From contig CAZKVT010000001.1 in the NCBI GenBank assembly GCA_964556365.1, forward strand, positions 7,158 through 71,157: a stretch of DNA of 64,000 bases. Direction: 5' to 3'. How positions within the stretch are numbered: the stretch's first letter is position 1; each line of letters begins with the position of its first letter. The DNA is from an uncultured bacterium (lineage in GTDB: Bacteria; Hydrothermota; UBA3072). The translations under genes were made by a program, and so were the position numbers. Shown here piece by piece: positions 7,909 to 17,300 of the stretch. Under the pieces are notes generated by a model. The model did not search any database. It was not told where the DNA came from and saw only the letters and a program-made list of their open reading frames with translations.

Positions 7909-10900
7909 ATGGTTTTAATAAAAATGGATAGAATTTACTTAAAAAAGTGTTTAATACTATTTATCTTTTCGTTATCTTTTTCTTTAAATATTTATGCTAA
8001 GTTAAGTGACAATAAAGTTAAATCTTTGATTCAACAATTTGCCATCACTGACAGGTACGACGAGAACTACAGAGAACGCGAAGAAATCATTAAAGAGTTG
8101 CTTAACTCAGAAAATTCCCAAATAATAAATTTCCTTATAGACGCTCTGTACAATGATAATTCTAGCATACAATATGGTGCAATTTTGACTTTAAAAAAAC
8201 TCAGAGATCCACGGTCTATAGAGCCTTTGGGAAAAATATTATTAGATAAAAACCTTGGCAGAAAATTGGTTGATAATGAGGGATGGCTTAGAAACTATGT
8301 ATTAGAGATTCTCGAGAACATTGAAAATTCCCTCGTAATTGAGTATCTGATACAATCTCTTAAGTTAGAACGTGGAGGTATACAATCTCGATCCATAGAA
8401 ATCTTGGGTAAAAGACAAGATAAAAGAGCTATAAAACCTTTACTTTTTATATCTAAAGATACATTAACCGAGACATCTCTTAGAGTAAAAGCAATTAATT
8501 CTCTTGGAAAAATAGGAGACTCAATAGTAGTAAATCCTTTAATTGATATACTGGAAGAAAAACCAGATTCTGAAATCCGTTCAGCTATATTTCATACAAT
8601 ATGTAGTTTTCCGAATAAGAAGATGGTTCCTACGTTAATTAAAGAATTAAAAATAGGGACCCGTTCCACTAAATGGAGTGCCGCAAAAACATTAGGGGAA
8701 ATAGGAGATACTTCTGCGGTAATGCATTTAATCGACTTAATAAATGACAAAGACGTGAGATTCAGAGCGACCGAAGCACTGGGCAAAATAGGAGATAAGC
8801 GTGCCGTAGAGCCCTTACTTTCAATCTTAGAGACAAAACCTCCCTGCAGCACCTTCACCGCAATTGAAGCTTTAGGCGAAATAGGAGATACTTCAAGTAT
8901 TGACGCCCTCGCGGATATTTACATGAATACTCCTACATCAGAATGCCCTATACTATTTTTTCGTTATGCGGCAGCTAATGCTTTAGCTAAAACAAACAGT
9001 ATAAGAGCCGCGCGTATAATAATTGAAGGGTTTCAACAGATTGAAGACAAGGGAAGGTTAGATTACAACGATATAAGGAGAATACTAAGGGAGTCAACAC
9101 CCCAATCTGTAGGAACTCTAATAAAAATACTACGTACAGAAAATAGAAAATATAAGGATTGGGTATCAGAAGCTTTAGCAAGACTCGGTTCCAAATCGGT
9201 CGATTCTCTTCTTACAACCATCAATCATGACAACCCTAACGTACGAAAATATTCTGTTAGAACGCTCAAAGAAATAGGAGACCCAAAAGCTATTGTTCCT
9301 TTAATTGCAGCTTTACGAAAAGAACAAAATGGCGAAGTTAGAAGAGGAATATCAAAGGCGCTCGGATGTCTGGGGCGTAACAATAAAACAGCTCTTGATT
9401 CTTTACTTACTCTGCTAGAAGATAAAGATTTTGTTTTACGCCGGGAGGCTGCGTTTGCTTTAATGATACCAGAAGACAAAAGAGCTATAGACCCTTTAAT
9501 TTTAGCACTAAATGATGATGACTTTGGCGTAAGAATCGCCGCGGTACGGTCTTTAACAAGAATAGGAGTTGAGCCTGAAGTCTTAATAAAAGCCTTAAAG
9601 AATGAATGTACGATTGTGAGGTGGATAGCAGCGTATGTAATCGGAGAAAAAAAATACACTACTGCTATAAAACCTTTGATTGAATGCATGAGGGAAGAGC
9701 CTAAGAATGACAAAGAAGAGACAGAAAAAATATTAAAAGATTTAAATATCGATTTATATTCCCAAGAAGATTATTGCAGCCCTTCTCACATACGTTCAAG
9801 GTTTTGCGGATATGGTAGATCCGTTAGACTCAAAGACGACCCTAAAGATGGTCAATTCGCCGCTATCTGCGTACTCGGTGAGTTAAAAGCAAAAGAAGCG
9901 GTTAAACCTTTAATAAAAGCTTTAAAGCACGAAAAAGATTATATTAGAGAAGCAGCAGCATGGTCTTTAGGAGAAATCAAGGATAAACGGGCAACTAAGC
10001 CCCTTATCGAGGCTTTGAGAGACAGTGATGAAATGGTTCGTTCTCGCGCTCATTGGGCATTAGTGGATATTGAGGATGAGAAAGCAATAGATCCTTTAAT
10101 TCTCCTATTAAAAAACGAAAGACCCGAGGTCAGAGAAGAAGCGATAGATGCTTTACACTGGTTTGAAGATAGCAGAATAATAAAACCTTTAAAATATGCC
10201 TTGAAAGATGAAGACGAGGGAGTACAGTCGGCAGCAGCAAAAGCATTAATTTATAAAGGAGAAAGTTTATTTGTTACGCAGTTTCTTCAAAAAGATAAAG
10301 AAGAGAATAAAGAAATAAAAGATGAAACTACATTACCTCTTAAATTTACAAAAAAGTCTCAATCAATTGAAGATCTAGTAAATCTTCTGGGAGCAAAAAA
10401 TTCCAGGACTCGAAGTAAAGCTTTTTCAGCCCTGAAAGGTTTTGATAAAAAAGAAGTCGCAAAATTTTTGATAATTGCTCTGGTAGAGCATGACGAGACC
10501 GGCAGAGAAACAGCTTTCTATTTATTGAATGATTTAGGATTAAACACTGCCAAAAATTTTATTTCGGAAGATTTTAGAGATTATCTACTGAATATAAAAT
10601 TAACAAATAAAAATATGTCAGCGGAAGAAAAATGCGGTTATATTTTAATGGAAGCGGCAATAAGCGAAAAGGAAAAAGTAAGAGAAAATGCCTTAGAAGT
10701 AATAAAACGTTTCAATAATTCTGCTGTAAATAAAAATTTTGTTGAATTCTTGATAGGTCGACTTAAAGATGATTCTCCTGAAGTTAGATCTACAATTGCT
10801 TACGCACTGGGTGAATCCAGGAACCCGAAGGCGGTAGGTCCTTTAATTAATTTACTTAAAGATGAAGACGAGAGTGTTTGTAGATCAGCTGTTGGTGCTC

Positions 10901-11883
10901 TGGGAGAAATAAAGGATAAATCAGCAATTCCGGCATTGATTGAAGCTTTCGACACTAAAAACATAGATTTGATGAATTGTATTATATACGAGCTTAATTT
11001 TTTTGGAGTTTATGCTGTTGATAAGTTAATTAAAGCTTTAAATCATGAATCTCGTCTAATAAGGATGTGCGCGGCTTTAACATTAGGTGGCATAGAAGAT
11101 AAAAAGGCAGTAGAACCCTTGATAAATTCATTAAAAGACGACGATTCTTGTGTTAGAAAAGAAGCGGCTGATGCTCTTAGAAGGATAGAAGACCTCCGGG
11201 CTGTGAACCCTTTAATTGAAACATTGAACGATAAATCAGATATGGTCGTAGAAGAAGCAATTCAAGCTCTGAGTAGAATCGGAGATACAAGCGCAACTAG
11301 ACCTCTACTCTTAATATTGAACTCTAAAAATCCGGAAATCCGAAAAAATGCGGCATACGCCCTCGGAAACATAAAAGATCCTAAAGCTATTAAACCATTA
11401 ATAAAATTACTCGATAATGAAAAAGATCCAGGTACCCGTAGGGCAGTTGCCAGCTCTCTCGGAAAACTGAATGACCCTATAGCTATTAAACCATTAATAA
11501 AATTACTCGATAAAACAGAAAATTCAGATACTCGGAAGGCTGTTGCCAGCTCTCTGGGTAAATTCAATGATACCAGAGCCATTGAAACATTACTTAAATT
11601 ACTCGAAGAAACTAAGAATTCAGATACACGTAAAGCAGTTGCCTGCACCCTCGGAGGAATAAAAGACCCCAAAGTTGTGGAACCTTTAATAAGATTACTT
11701 AATGACAGCAATATAGATGTTCAATCGACAGCGGTTTATTCTCTCGGCAAAGTCGGCGACGTTAGGGCACTAAAGCCATTAAAAACTTTCATGAAAGATA
11801 AAAACGAAAAAACGCAAGAACGTACTGAGGAAGCAATCAAAAAGATAAGAAAAAGAGTGAGCATCAAAAATTATGATTTTTAA
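7909..11883 (+). CDS. giant HEAT-repeat (PBS-lyase HEAT-like) protein with N-terminal signal/anchor
   Basis: There are dozens of units of about 31 aa of the form R..A..ALG.IGD.RA(V/I).PLI..L.D. An N-terminal hydrophobic segment is present. Confidence 0.85.
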   Translation: MVLIKMDRIYLKKCLILFIFSLSFSLNIYAKLSDNKVKSLIQQFAITDRYDENYREREEIIKELLNSENSQIINFLIDALYNDNSSIQYGAILTLKKLRDPRSIEPLGKILLDKNLGRKLVDNEGWLRNYVLEILENIENSLVIEYLIQSLKLERGGIQSRSIEILGKRQDKRAIKPLLFISKDTLTETSLRVKAINSLGKIGDSIVVNPLIDILEEKPDSEIRSAIFHTICSFPNKKMVPTLIKELKIGTRSTKWSAAKTLGEIGDTSAVMHLIDLINDKDVRFRATEALGKIGDKRAVEPLLSILETKPPCSTFTAIEALGEIGDTSSIDALADIYMNTPTSECPILFFRYAAANALAKTNSIRAARIIIEGFQQIEDKGRLDYNDIRRILRESTPQSVGTLIKILRTENRKYKDWVSEALARLGSKSVDSLLTTINHDNPNVRKYSVRTLKEIGDPKAIVPLIAALRKEQNGEVRRGISKALGCLGRNNKTALDSLLTLLEDKDFVLRREAAFALMIPEDKRAIDPLILALNDDDFGVRIAAVRSLTRIGVEPEVLIKALKNECTIVRWIAAYVIGEKKYTTAIKPLIECMREEPKNDKEETEKILKDLNIDLYSQEDYCSPSHIRSRFCGYGRSVRLKDDPKDGQFAAICVLGELKAKEAVKPLIKALKHEKDYIREAAAWSLGEIKDKRATKPLIEALRDSDEMVRSRAHWALVDIEDEKAIDPLILLLKNERPEVREEAIDALHWFEDSRIIKPLKYALKDEDEGVQSAAAKALIYKGESLFVTQFLQKDKEENKEIKDETTLPLKFTKKSQSIEDLVNLLGAKNSRTRSKAFSALKGFDKKEVAKFLIIALVEHDETGRETAFYLLNDLGLNTAKNFISEDFRDYLLNIKLTNKNMSAEEKCGYILMEAAISEKEKVRENALEVIKRFNNSAVNKNFVEFLIGRLKDDSPEVRSTIAYALGESRNPKAVGPLINLLKDEDESVCRSAVGALGEIKDKSAIPALIEAFDTKNIDLMNCIIYELNFFGVYAVDKLIKALNHESRLIRMCAALTLGGIEDKKAVEPLINSLKDDDSCVRKEAADALRRIEDLRAVNPLIETLNDKSDMVVEEAIQALSRIGDTSATRPLLLILNSKNPEIRKNAAYALGNIKDPKAIKPLIKLLDNEKDPGTRRAVASSLGKLNDPIAIKPLIKLLDKTENSDTRKAVASSLGKFNDTRAIETLLKLLEETKNSDTRKAVACTLGGIKDPKVVEPLIRLLNDSNIDVQSTAVYSLGKVGDVRALKPLKTFMKDKNEKTQERTEEAIKKIRKRVSIKNYDF
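11383..11670 (+). repeat. three tandem 96-nt (32-codon) near-identical HEAT units
   Basis: The units start at 11383, 11479 and 11575 (KAIKPLIKLLDNEKDPGTRRAVASSLGKLNDP / IAIKPLIKLLDKTENSDTRKAVASSLGKFNDT / RAIETLLKLLEETKNSDTRKAVACTLGGIKDP). The first two share long identical nucleotide runs (ctattaaaccattaataaaattactcgataa). Confidence 0.85.
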
Positions 11884-11901
11884 CGCTTAGCGCTTCGGCT
11901 A

Positions 11902-14340
11902 TCAATACACCTCTATACTTATAGCTTGACTTTTACAATCGGTATAAGGGACTGCTGCCTCAAGGACATACTTTCCCGGCTTCATGGGCAAATTAAGAGC
12001 GTACGGATATTCAGAAACCTTAAACTCCCGTTCATTTACAAACCATAACACTTCTTTAGAACTCGGCACCACGTTACAATTAATGGTTATAACCGCTTCA
12101 TCCTCTGGCATCTCTGGGTCTATGTAGAATCGGGAATTGGCGTTGGGATAAGTTATTTCAACTTCATAATCCTCGGGTTTCTTTTCATAACCGTCTACAG
12201 GACTATACTCAATAGGTGTAGTATTAAGTCCCTGAGAAGCAGCCCAATCTTTAAAAATCGGATCCAGAACGACAAATTTTTTATAAACAACATATTTTTT
12301 CGGACAACCCGGAGGAGCGAGCAAATTATTTCTTTTATCGATTGCGATAATTTTGACAACATCACTGTATTCGGTGGGTTCTGTACCGGGTTTAAAATAA
12401 TCCAGTGAAACATAAGGAGTATTCCTATCCGCCAGCCTGCCTGTCAAACGGCAAATCGGAACCTGTACATAATCTCGAGGCGGAGGGAATTCCCTGTCAT
12501 CTAAGCCTTCTTTTCTCTCAGGATGAAGTAACCCGAAAATCTTTTTAACGATAGGCGCCGCGTGAGCGTAACCGCTTACCTGTTTCATAGACAAATTGTC
12601 GTGATGTCCCACCCAAACACCTACGAGATACCTGTCAGACCAGCCGATAGTCCAGGCATCCCGGTATCCCTGTGAAGTACCCGTTTTCACGGCAACAGGA
12701 TAAGGATATTCCAAATATCCCAACCTCGGAAAGGTCGGCAATCTGGCTAATGGGTCGGATAAGAATCTCTGTATTTGTTTTGCTATATCAGACCTCATAA
12801 GCCTGGTTCTTTTGTAACTCATATCCGGGTCCGCGACCCAGCTTAGCTTCGTCTTCTTTCCTTCGTTAGCAAGAACCAGATAGGACTCGCATACCTGACT
12901 GAGACTGGTGTAAAGACCTCCGATAGCGAGACCGAGTCCGTAATATAGAGGGTCGTTTTCACCCGGAGCAAGACCTAAACCAACAAAATATTTGTATGTT
13001 CGCTCCACACCTAAATCTTTAATAACATGAATAGAGGGAATGTTGCGACTGTTGGCAAGCGCTGTTTTATACAGCACAGGTCCCATAAATTCCTTGTCAT
13101 AATTTTCAGGAATAAAAGTATTTCGTCCCTCTCCGAAATCATGCCCTATATCTCTAAGTACGGTAGAGGCGGTATATCCAAGCCACTCCATACCAAGAGC
13201 AAAAAGAAAAGGTTTTAATGAACTACCCGTTGAACGCGGTACTCTCGCGTAATCTATCGAACCCGCGTTGCTACGATCGTAATAGTTCTCTGAACCCAAA
13301 TAAGAAAGTATTTCGCCTGTTTCCTTCCTAATTACCATTACAGCCACATTCGAAGCTCCGGCTTTTCTTAAATCCGAAATCCTGCCGTCGATAATATCCT
13401 GAACTTCTTCCTGCAATTTTAAATCTACACTGGTCCTAATAGTGTTATTAAGATTGCTAACCATGTGTTCTTCATATTTTTTTTCATCACGGAAATATTC
13501 CGTCATAGCTAAAACGGCATGAATGGTAGAACTGATGCGTAATTCCCTGGGAGGTAAGTAGAAGTCCTCTACTTCTCTCTTAGCCTGTCTCCAATCTTCT
13601 TTTGAAATCCAATTATATTGAAAGGCTCTATTTATGATAATTTCAGCCCTCAATTTTGCCGCGTCCATACCGTAGGTTCTGCAAATGTTCATCTCTCCGG
13701 GAGCCTTAGGTAACGCGGCCAGCAAAGACGCTTCCGCCAAACTAAGGTCATTCAAAGGCTTTTGAAAATAACGCCTGCTCGCGTAATTAGCTCCGAATAT
13801 CTCGTTTCCGTAAGGAGCAATTTTTAAGTATTGACGCAGTACCTTCTCGCGACCATATAACAACGTAATCTCGATCGCGGTAAAACTTTCTTTAATTTTG
13901 AAATACCAGTTCCTTGAGTGGGGAGCCTGCAAGCGAGCAACCTGCATAGCAATCGTAGAAGCTCCGGAAAAATCTTTCCGAACTACATAATTATTCCATA
14001 ATGCTCTAATTACAGAAAAGCCATCGATACCTAAGTGAAAATAGAATCTCTGGTCCTCAGCCGCCAGAGTCATCTTTTCCAATCCCGGCGGAATTGAATC
14101 AGGCAGTGGCCAGAAGCCAAAATTCCCATCTTTATTCTCTACAGAAGCTAAAAATTCCATATTCCTTTCTAAAAACAGTAAAGAGGGTTCAGGAGTTACC
14201 AGACGACAGCAGAAAAGGCTGTGCAAAAAGGCAATAGATACAAACAAAACAGGAATTAAAAAAAGAAATCTTAAATAAGGCTTGAAATCTTCAAAAGATT
14301 TAAACTTTTGTCTAACTATTACAATTACTTTCTGTATCAA
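11902..14340 (-). CDS. pbpC: penicillin-binding protein 1C (bifunctional GT51 transglycosylase / transpeptidase)
   Basis: The GT51 motif EDQRFYFHLGIDGFSVIRA is present. The transpeptidase motifs are STGSSLKPF (SxxK) and KTGTS, followed by a C-terminal beta-rich PBP1C-type domain. The gene lies directly downstream of an alpha-2-macroglobulin gene, as in E. coli yfhM-pbpC. The start is TTG. Confidence 0.85.
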   Translation of the reverse strand: MIQKVIVIVRQKFKSFEDFKPYLRFLFLIPVLFVSIAFLHSLFCCRLVTPEPSLLFLERNMEFLASVENKDGNFGFWPLPDSIPPGLEKMTLAAEDQRFYFHLGIDGFSVIRALWNNYVVRKDFSGASTIAMQVARLQAPHSRNWYFKIKESFTAIEITLLYGREKVLRQYLKIAPYGNEIFGANYASRRYFQKPLNDLSLAEASLLAALPKAPGEMNICRTYGMDAAKLRAEIIINRAFQYNWISKEDWRQAKREVEDFYLPPRELRISSTIHAVLAMTEYFRDEKKYEEHMVSNLNNTIRTSVDLKLQEEVQDIIDGRISDLRKAGASNVAVMVIRKETGEILSYLGSENYYDRSNAGSIDYARVPRSTGSSLKPFLFALGMEWLGYTASTVLRDIGHDFGEGRNTFIPENYDKEFMGPVLYKTALANSRNIPSIHVIKDLGVERTYKYFVGLGLAPGENDPLYYGLGLAIGGLYTSLSQVCESYLVLANEGKKTKLSWVADPDMSYKRTRLMRSDIAKQIQRFLSDPLARLPTFPRLGYLEYPYPVAVKTGTSQGYRDAWTIGWSDRYLVGVWVGHHDNLSMKQVSGYAHAAPIVKKIFGLLHPERKEGLDDREFPPPRDYVQVPICRLTGRLADRNTPYVSLDYFKPGTEPTEYSDVVKIIAIDKRNNLLAPPGCPKKYVVYKKFVVLDPIFKDWAASQGLNTTPIEYSPVDGYEKKPEDYEVEITYPNANSRFYIDPEMPEDEAVITINCNVVPSSKEVLWFVNEREFKVSEYPYALNLPMKPGKYVLEAAVPYTDCKSQAISIEVY

Positions 14341-14354
14341 TTTTAAATGATTTT

Positions 14355-17300
14355 TTATTTTTCTTGTTTTATTACTATTTCAGCTCCGGGACTATTACCG
14401 TTCACGCTCAAATCATACATCATTTCAGCTCTAGCCGGGGGATGGGTAAAATCTCCTTCTATCGTCGCTCTCAGACGAAAATAAAAATCATAAGTGCCAG
14501 CCGGCAAATAATCGAAATAATAGACAACTTTATCATCCAAAAATTGCTGATAATCTACTTTATCGGTAGTTCTCCCGGAAGGATTAGCATCGGCAGAAGA
14601 AGTTTCCAGATTTGGATTAAGGGGTTCGAATCCCGCGGCAAACGGCGCCGAAACAGCAACAAAATGTTGGTCTTTGGGATTTACAACCTGTATATGCTCC
14701 TCGATTATATCCCCTATCTTAAGATTATGCACGGTTTCCGCCTTCTCGAGCATATTCTTTTTATCAGGAGCATCAGTTTTGGAAACATAAATCAATTCTC
14801 TTTTTACCACAAAACCGTGCTGCTCGGCAGAAACAGCGCTGCCCAATTTTTCCGGCAAATAACTCTGAGTGTACTCCACGTAAAATTCTTCATCCCTGGA
14901 TTTAGATTTTAAACTAACATTACCGGCTTCTTTGCTTTTTAGTTCTGCCTGCAGGGCTCCTTTTCTTCCGTCGAATTTTATACGCTCGGAAGAACTTCCG
15001 TCTTTAAGGTCAAACTCCGCGGTAAGACTTCTTTTCTTTCCTTCCTGCATATAATCGCGCAGCGAAAGTAAAGCGTTACTATTAACATTTGTATTTCCCC
15101 ATCCGTCCACACTGCCGAGAGTAACAAGTTCATCCACCATCATCTCGACTTTTTCCGGAGACTTCCCGGATAAAGAAAAAGCGCTTATCAAACCGCTTAA
15201 ATTCTTTATTTCTGAAGCGTGAACCTGCGCTCCTATTCTCATGTTCCTCTGCTGCAGACCTCCGAAGACTTCTTCTCCTTCTTTAAGTTTGAATATAGTT
15301 TCTTTCCATAATTCTTTTTCCAGATTCTTAGAGGCGAGACCCAATCTGAAATCACCGGTTAAAATAGCTTTATATATTCTCGATTGACTTAACAAATCGA
15401 CCTGTTTCGTCTGGGAAGCAAGTTCACGCAGGTAACCAACGTCTGCCTCTCCCGCCATACCTAAAGCGTGTATCGCGGCACAGCGCTCGTAATATCTATA
15501 TCCCGATAAAAATTGAGAATAGTCCGAACGAAGAGATCTTTTAAGAACGTTAATCGCTCTATCTAACATTTCTTCATCAAGATGATATCCGGCGCCGGAT
15601 TTCTTAACCGTAAGAAGAAACTCGGTAATATAAGCGGTTAAATAGACGCGACCATTACTCCCGGGCCAGTAGCCGAATAAACCGCTGGGGTGCTGGGCTT
15701 TTTTAAGGAATTCCAGAGTTTTATTAACATAATCCTTTAAATGGGGATCGGGAGTCTCGAGCCCCAATTCTCCCCAGATATCATCGTAAGCCAGGGCGGG
15801 ATAAGCGTAACTGACCTTTTGCTCTGTACATCCGTGAGGATAATGCATCAGGTATGACAAGGCTGAAAGAACTTTAAGTATAGCCAATTTATCACTAACG
15901 ATTAAGTCTCTATGAAAAGTGTTTTTTCTTGGGGTATCATTTAAGGTTTTCCAGTAAAATGCCGAATCCACTTTAACAATTCCGAAAGTATCGTATACAA
16001 TGGGTTCTCTATCCAATAGAAGCGGAATTTTTATCTGGAAAGCATCACCGGCTTTGTCATAACTGCGCTGCAGGGCAATCTTAAATGAAACGGAATCTAT
16101 AAGCAAATCACCCTTTTCATCATAACCGGGAGCACTGGCCTCCATGTCAGCATACAGAGGTAAAGCTTCCTTAGAAGGCAGAGTGATTGTTCCTTTTTCC
16201 TTCCCCTTTAATATATCTACACCCTTTGTTTCAATCGAATATATTGCCTTTCCTCCCTCCCCTTCAACAACGCGGGCTATTCCTCCGGCTTTAAATTTAT
16301 CTCCTATTCTAATGAATCTCGGAAGAGCCGGCTGAACAATAACCGGTAGGCGCACGGCAACTTTTGATTTCTGAGAACCGAAACGAGACACTCCGGAAAC
16401 CGCTACCGCCCGAACAGCAAAATTAGTAAGATTATCGGGCATTTTAATTTTAACCGTCGCCTTACCGGAAGAATTGACGAGTATTCTCGGATTGTAATAC
16501 GGAACTGTTTTAAAGGTTTTCCTTACCGTTATTTTACCCAACCCCTCGAATTCCTCTTCTTCCTCGTAGTAACCGTCCCCCGCGGGCGACTCTCCTAATC
16601 TCAAATCTCCTATAGCAAGATTACGGGAATCTCTGACACTTACATACGATTCCACTGGATCGATAAAAGCCTCCAACGGATCTATATTTTTTTCTTTCTT
16701 TAAAGCGAAAATAGCGTCGTCTACAAGCCAGAGAGTTACTTCTCCGCTTAAAGGTTTACCTTTATTATCTTTTAAACTTATCTCCATATCCATCTCATTG
16801 CCGGGCAAAACAACTTTCTCATGCTCTAAATCGACATAAACCCTGTTGGAAGTGGGTTCTATTTTCAACCAGGTAGTGTTCGCGACAGCTTCAGGCTTCC
16901 CCAGATCGACTTTCTGCCCTTCGGGAAGAACTTTAGGCGGAGCAATACGGGAACGTATTAGCAAAAAGCTGACCGGCAACAGAGGAACCATCTCGGGAAG
17001 GATTTTAACCTGGAGAGTCGCTTTGCCACCTGAAATATCGACCCATTTATACTCAGGTCTCTCATCCGGCATCTCTATTACGGATAGCGCTCGAGCATTT
17101 TGGTAAGGACTTTTAATAAGAATAGTCGCCACATCCCCCGCTTCGTAAGAATCTTTATCCGGCACTGTTTCAAAAATCATCTGTTTTGGTTTTTGCCATG
17201 CCATGGGTTTGTCTCCAGCTACGAATAAATCTACTTTTACTGTCTGCAAACGCCCCAGTTTATCTTTAGCATTGAGTTCCAGTATATAAACACCTGCGGA

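Noticed and set aside
9225-9713. Antisense ORFs inside long, well-supported genes. Examples: 5427..5825, 8592..8858, 9225..9713, 11262..11711, 14364..14912, 18072..18530, 19554..20072, 21215..21547, 27581..27970, 40869..41228, 56512..56934 and 61103..61462.
   Set aside because: Each lies fully within a gene on the opposite strand that has clear family motifs. Their translations are low-complexity (Ser/Leu/Phe/Ile-rich) with no recognisable motif or SD. Those in the HEAT gene are a by-product of the repeat structure.
11383-11670. Regularly spaced 96-nt repeats, as a possible CRISPR-like array.
   Set aside because: The repeats are contiguous with no unique spacers, in frame, and encode HEAT units of the surrounding gene. 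No cas genes are present.
14623-14633. GGTTCGAATCC, a perfect tRNA T-arm/T-loop-like string.
   Set aside because: It lies inside the alpha-2-macroglobulin coding sequence. I could not fold the flanks into acceptor, D or anticodon arms, so I treat it as a chance occurrence. I found no tRNA anywhere in the window.
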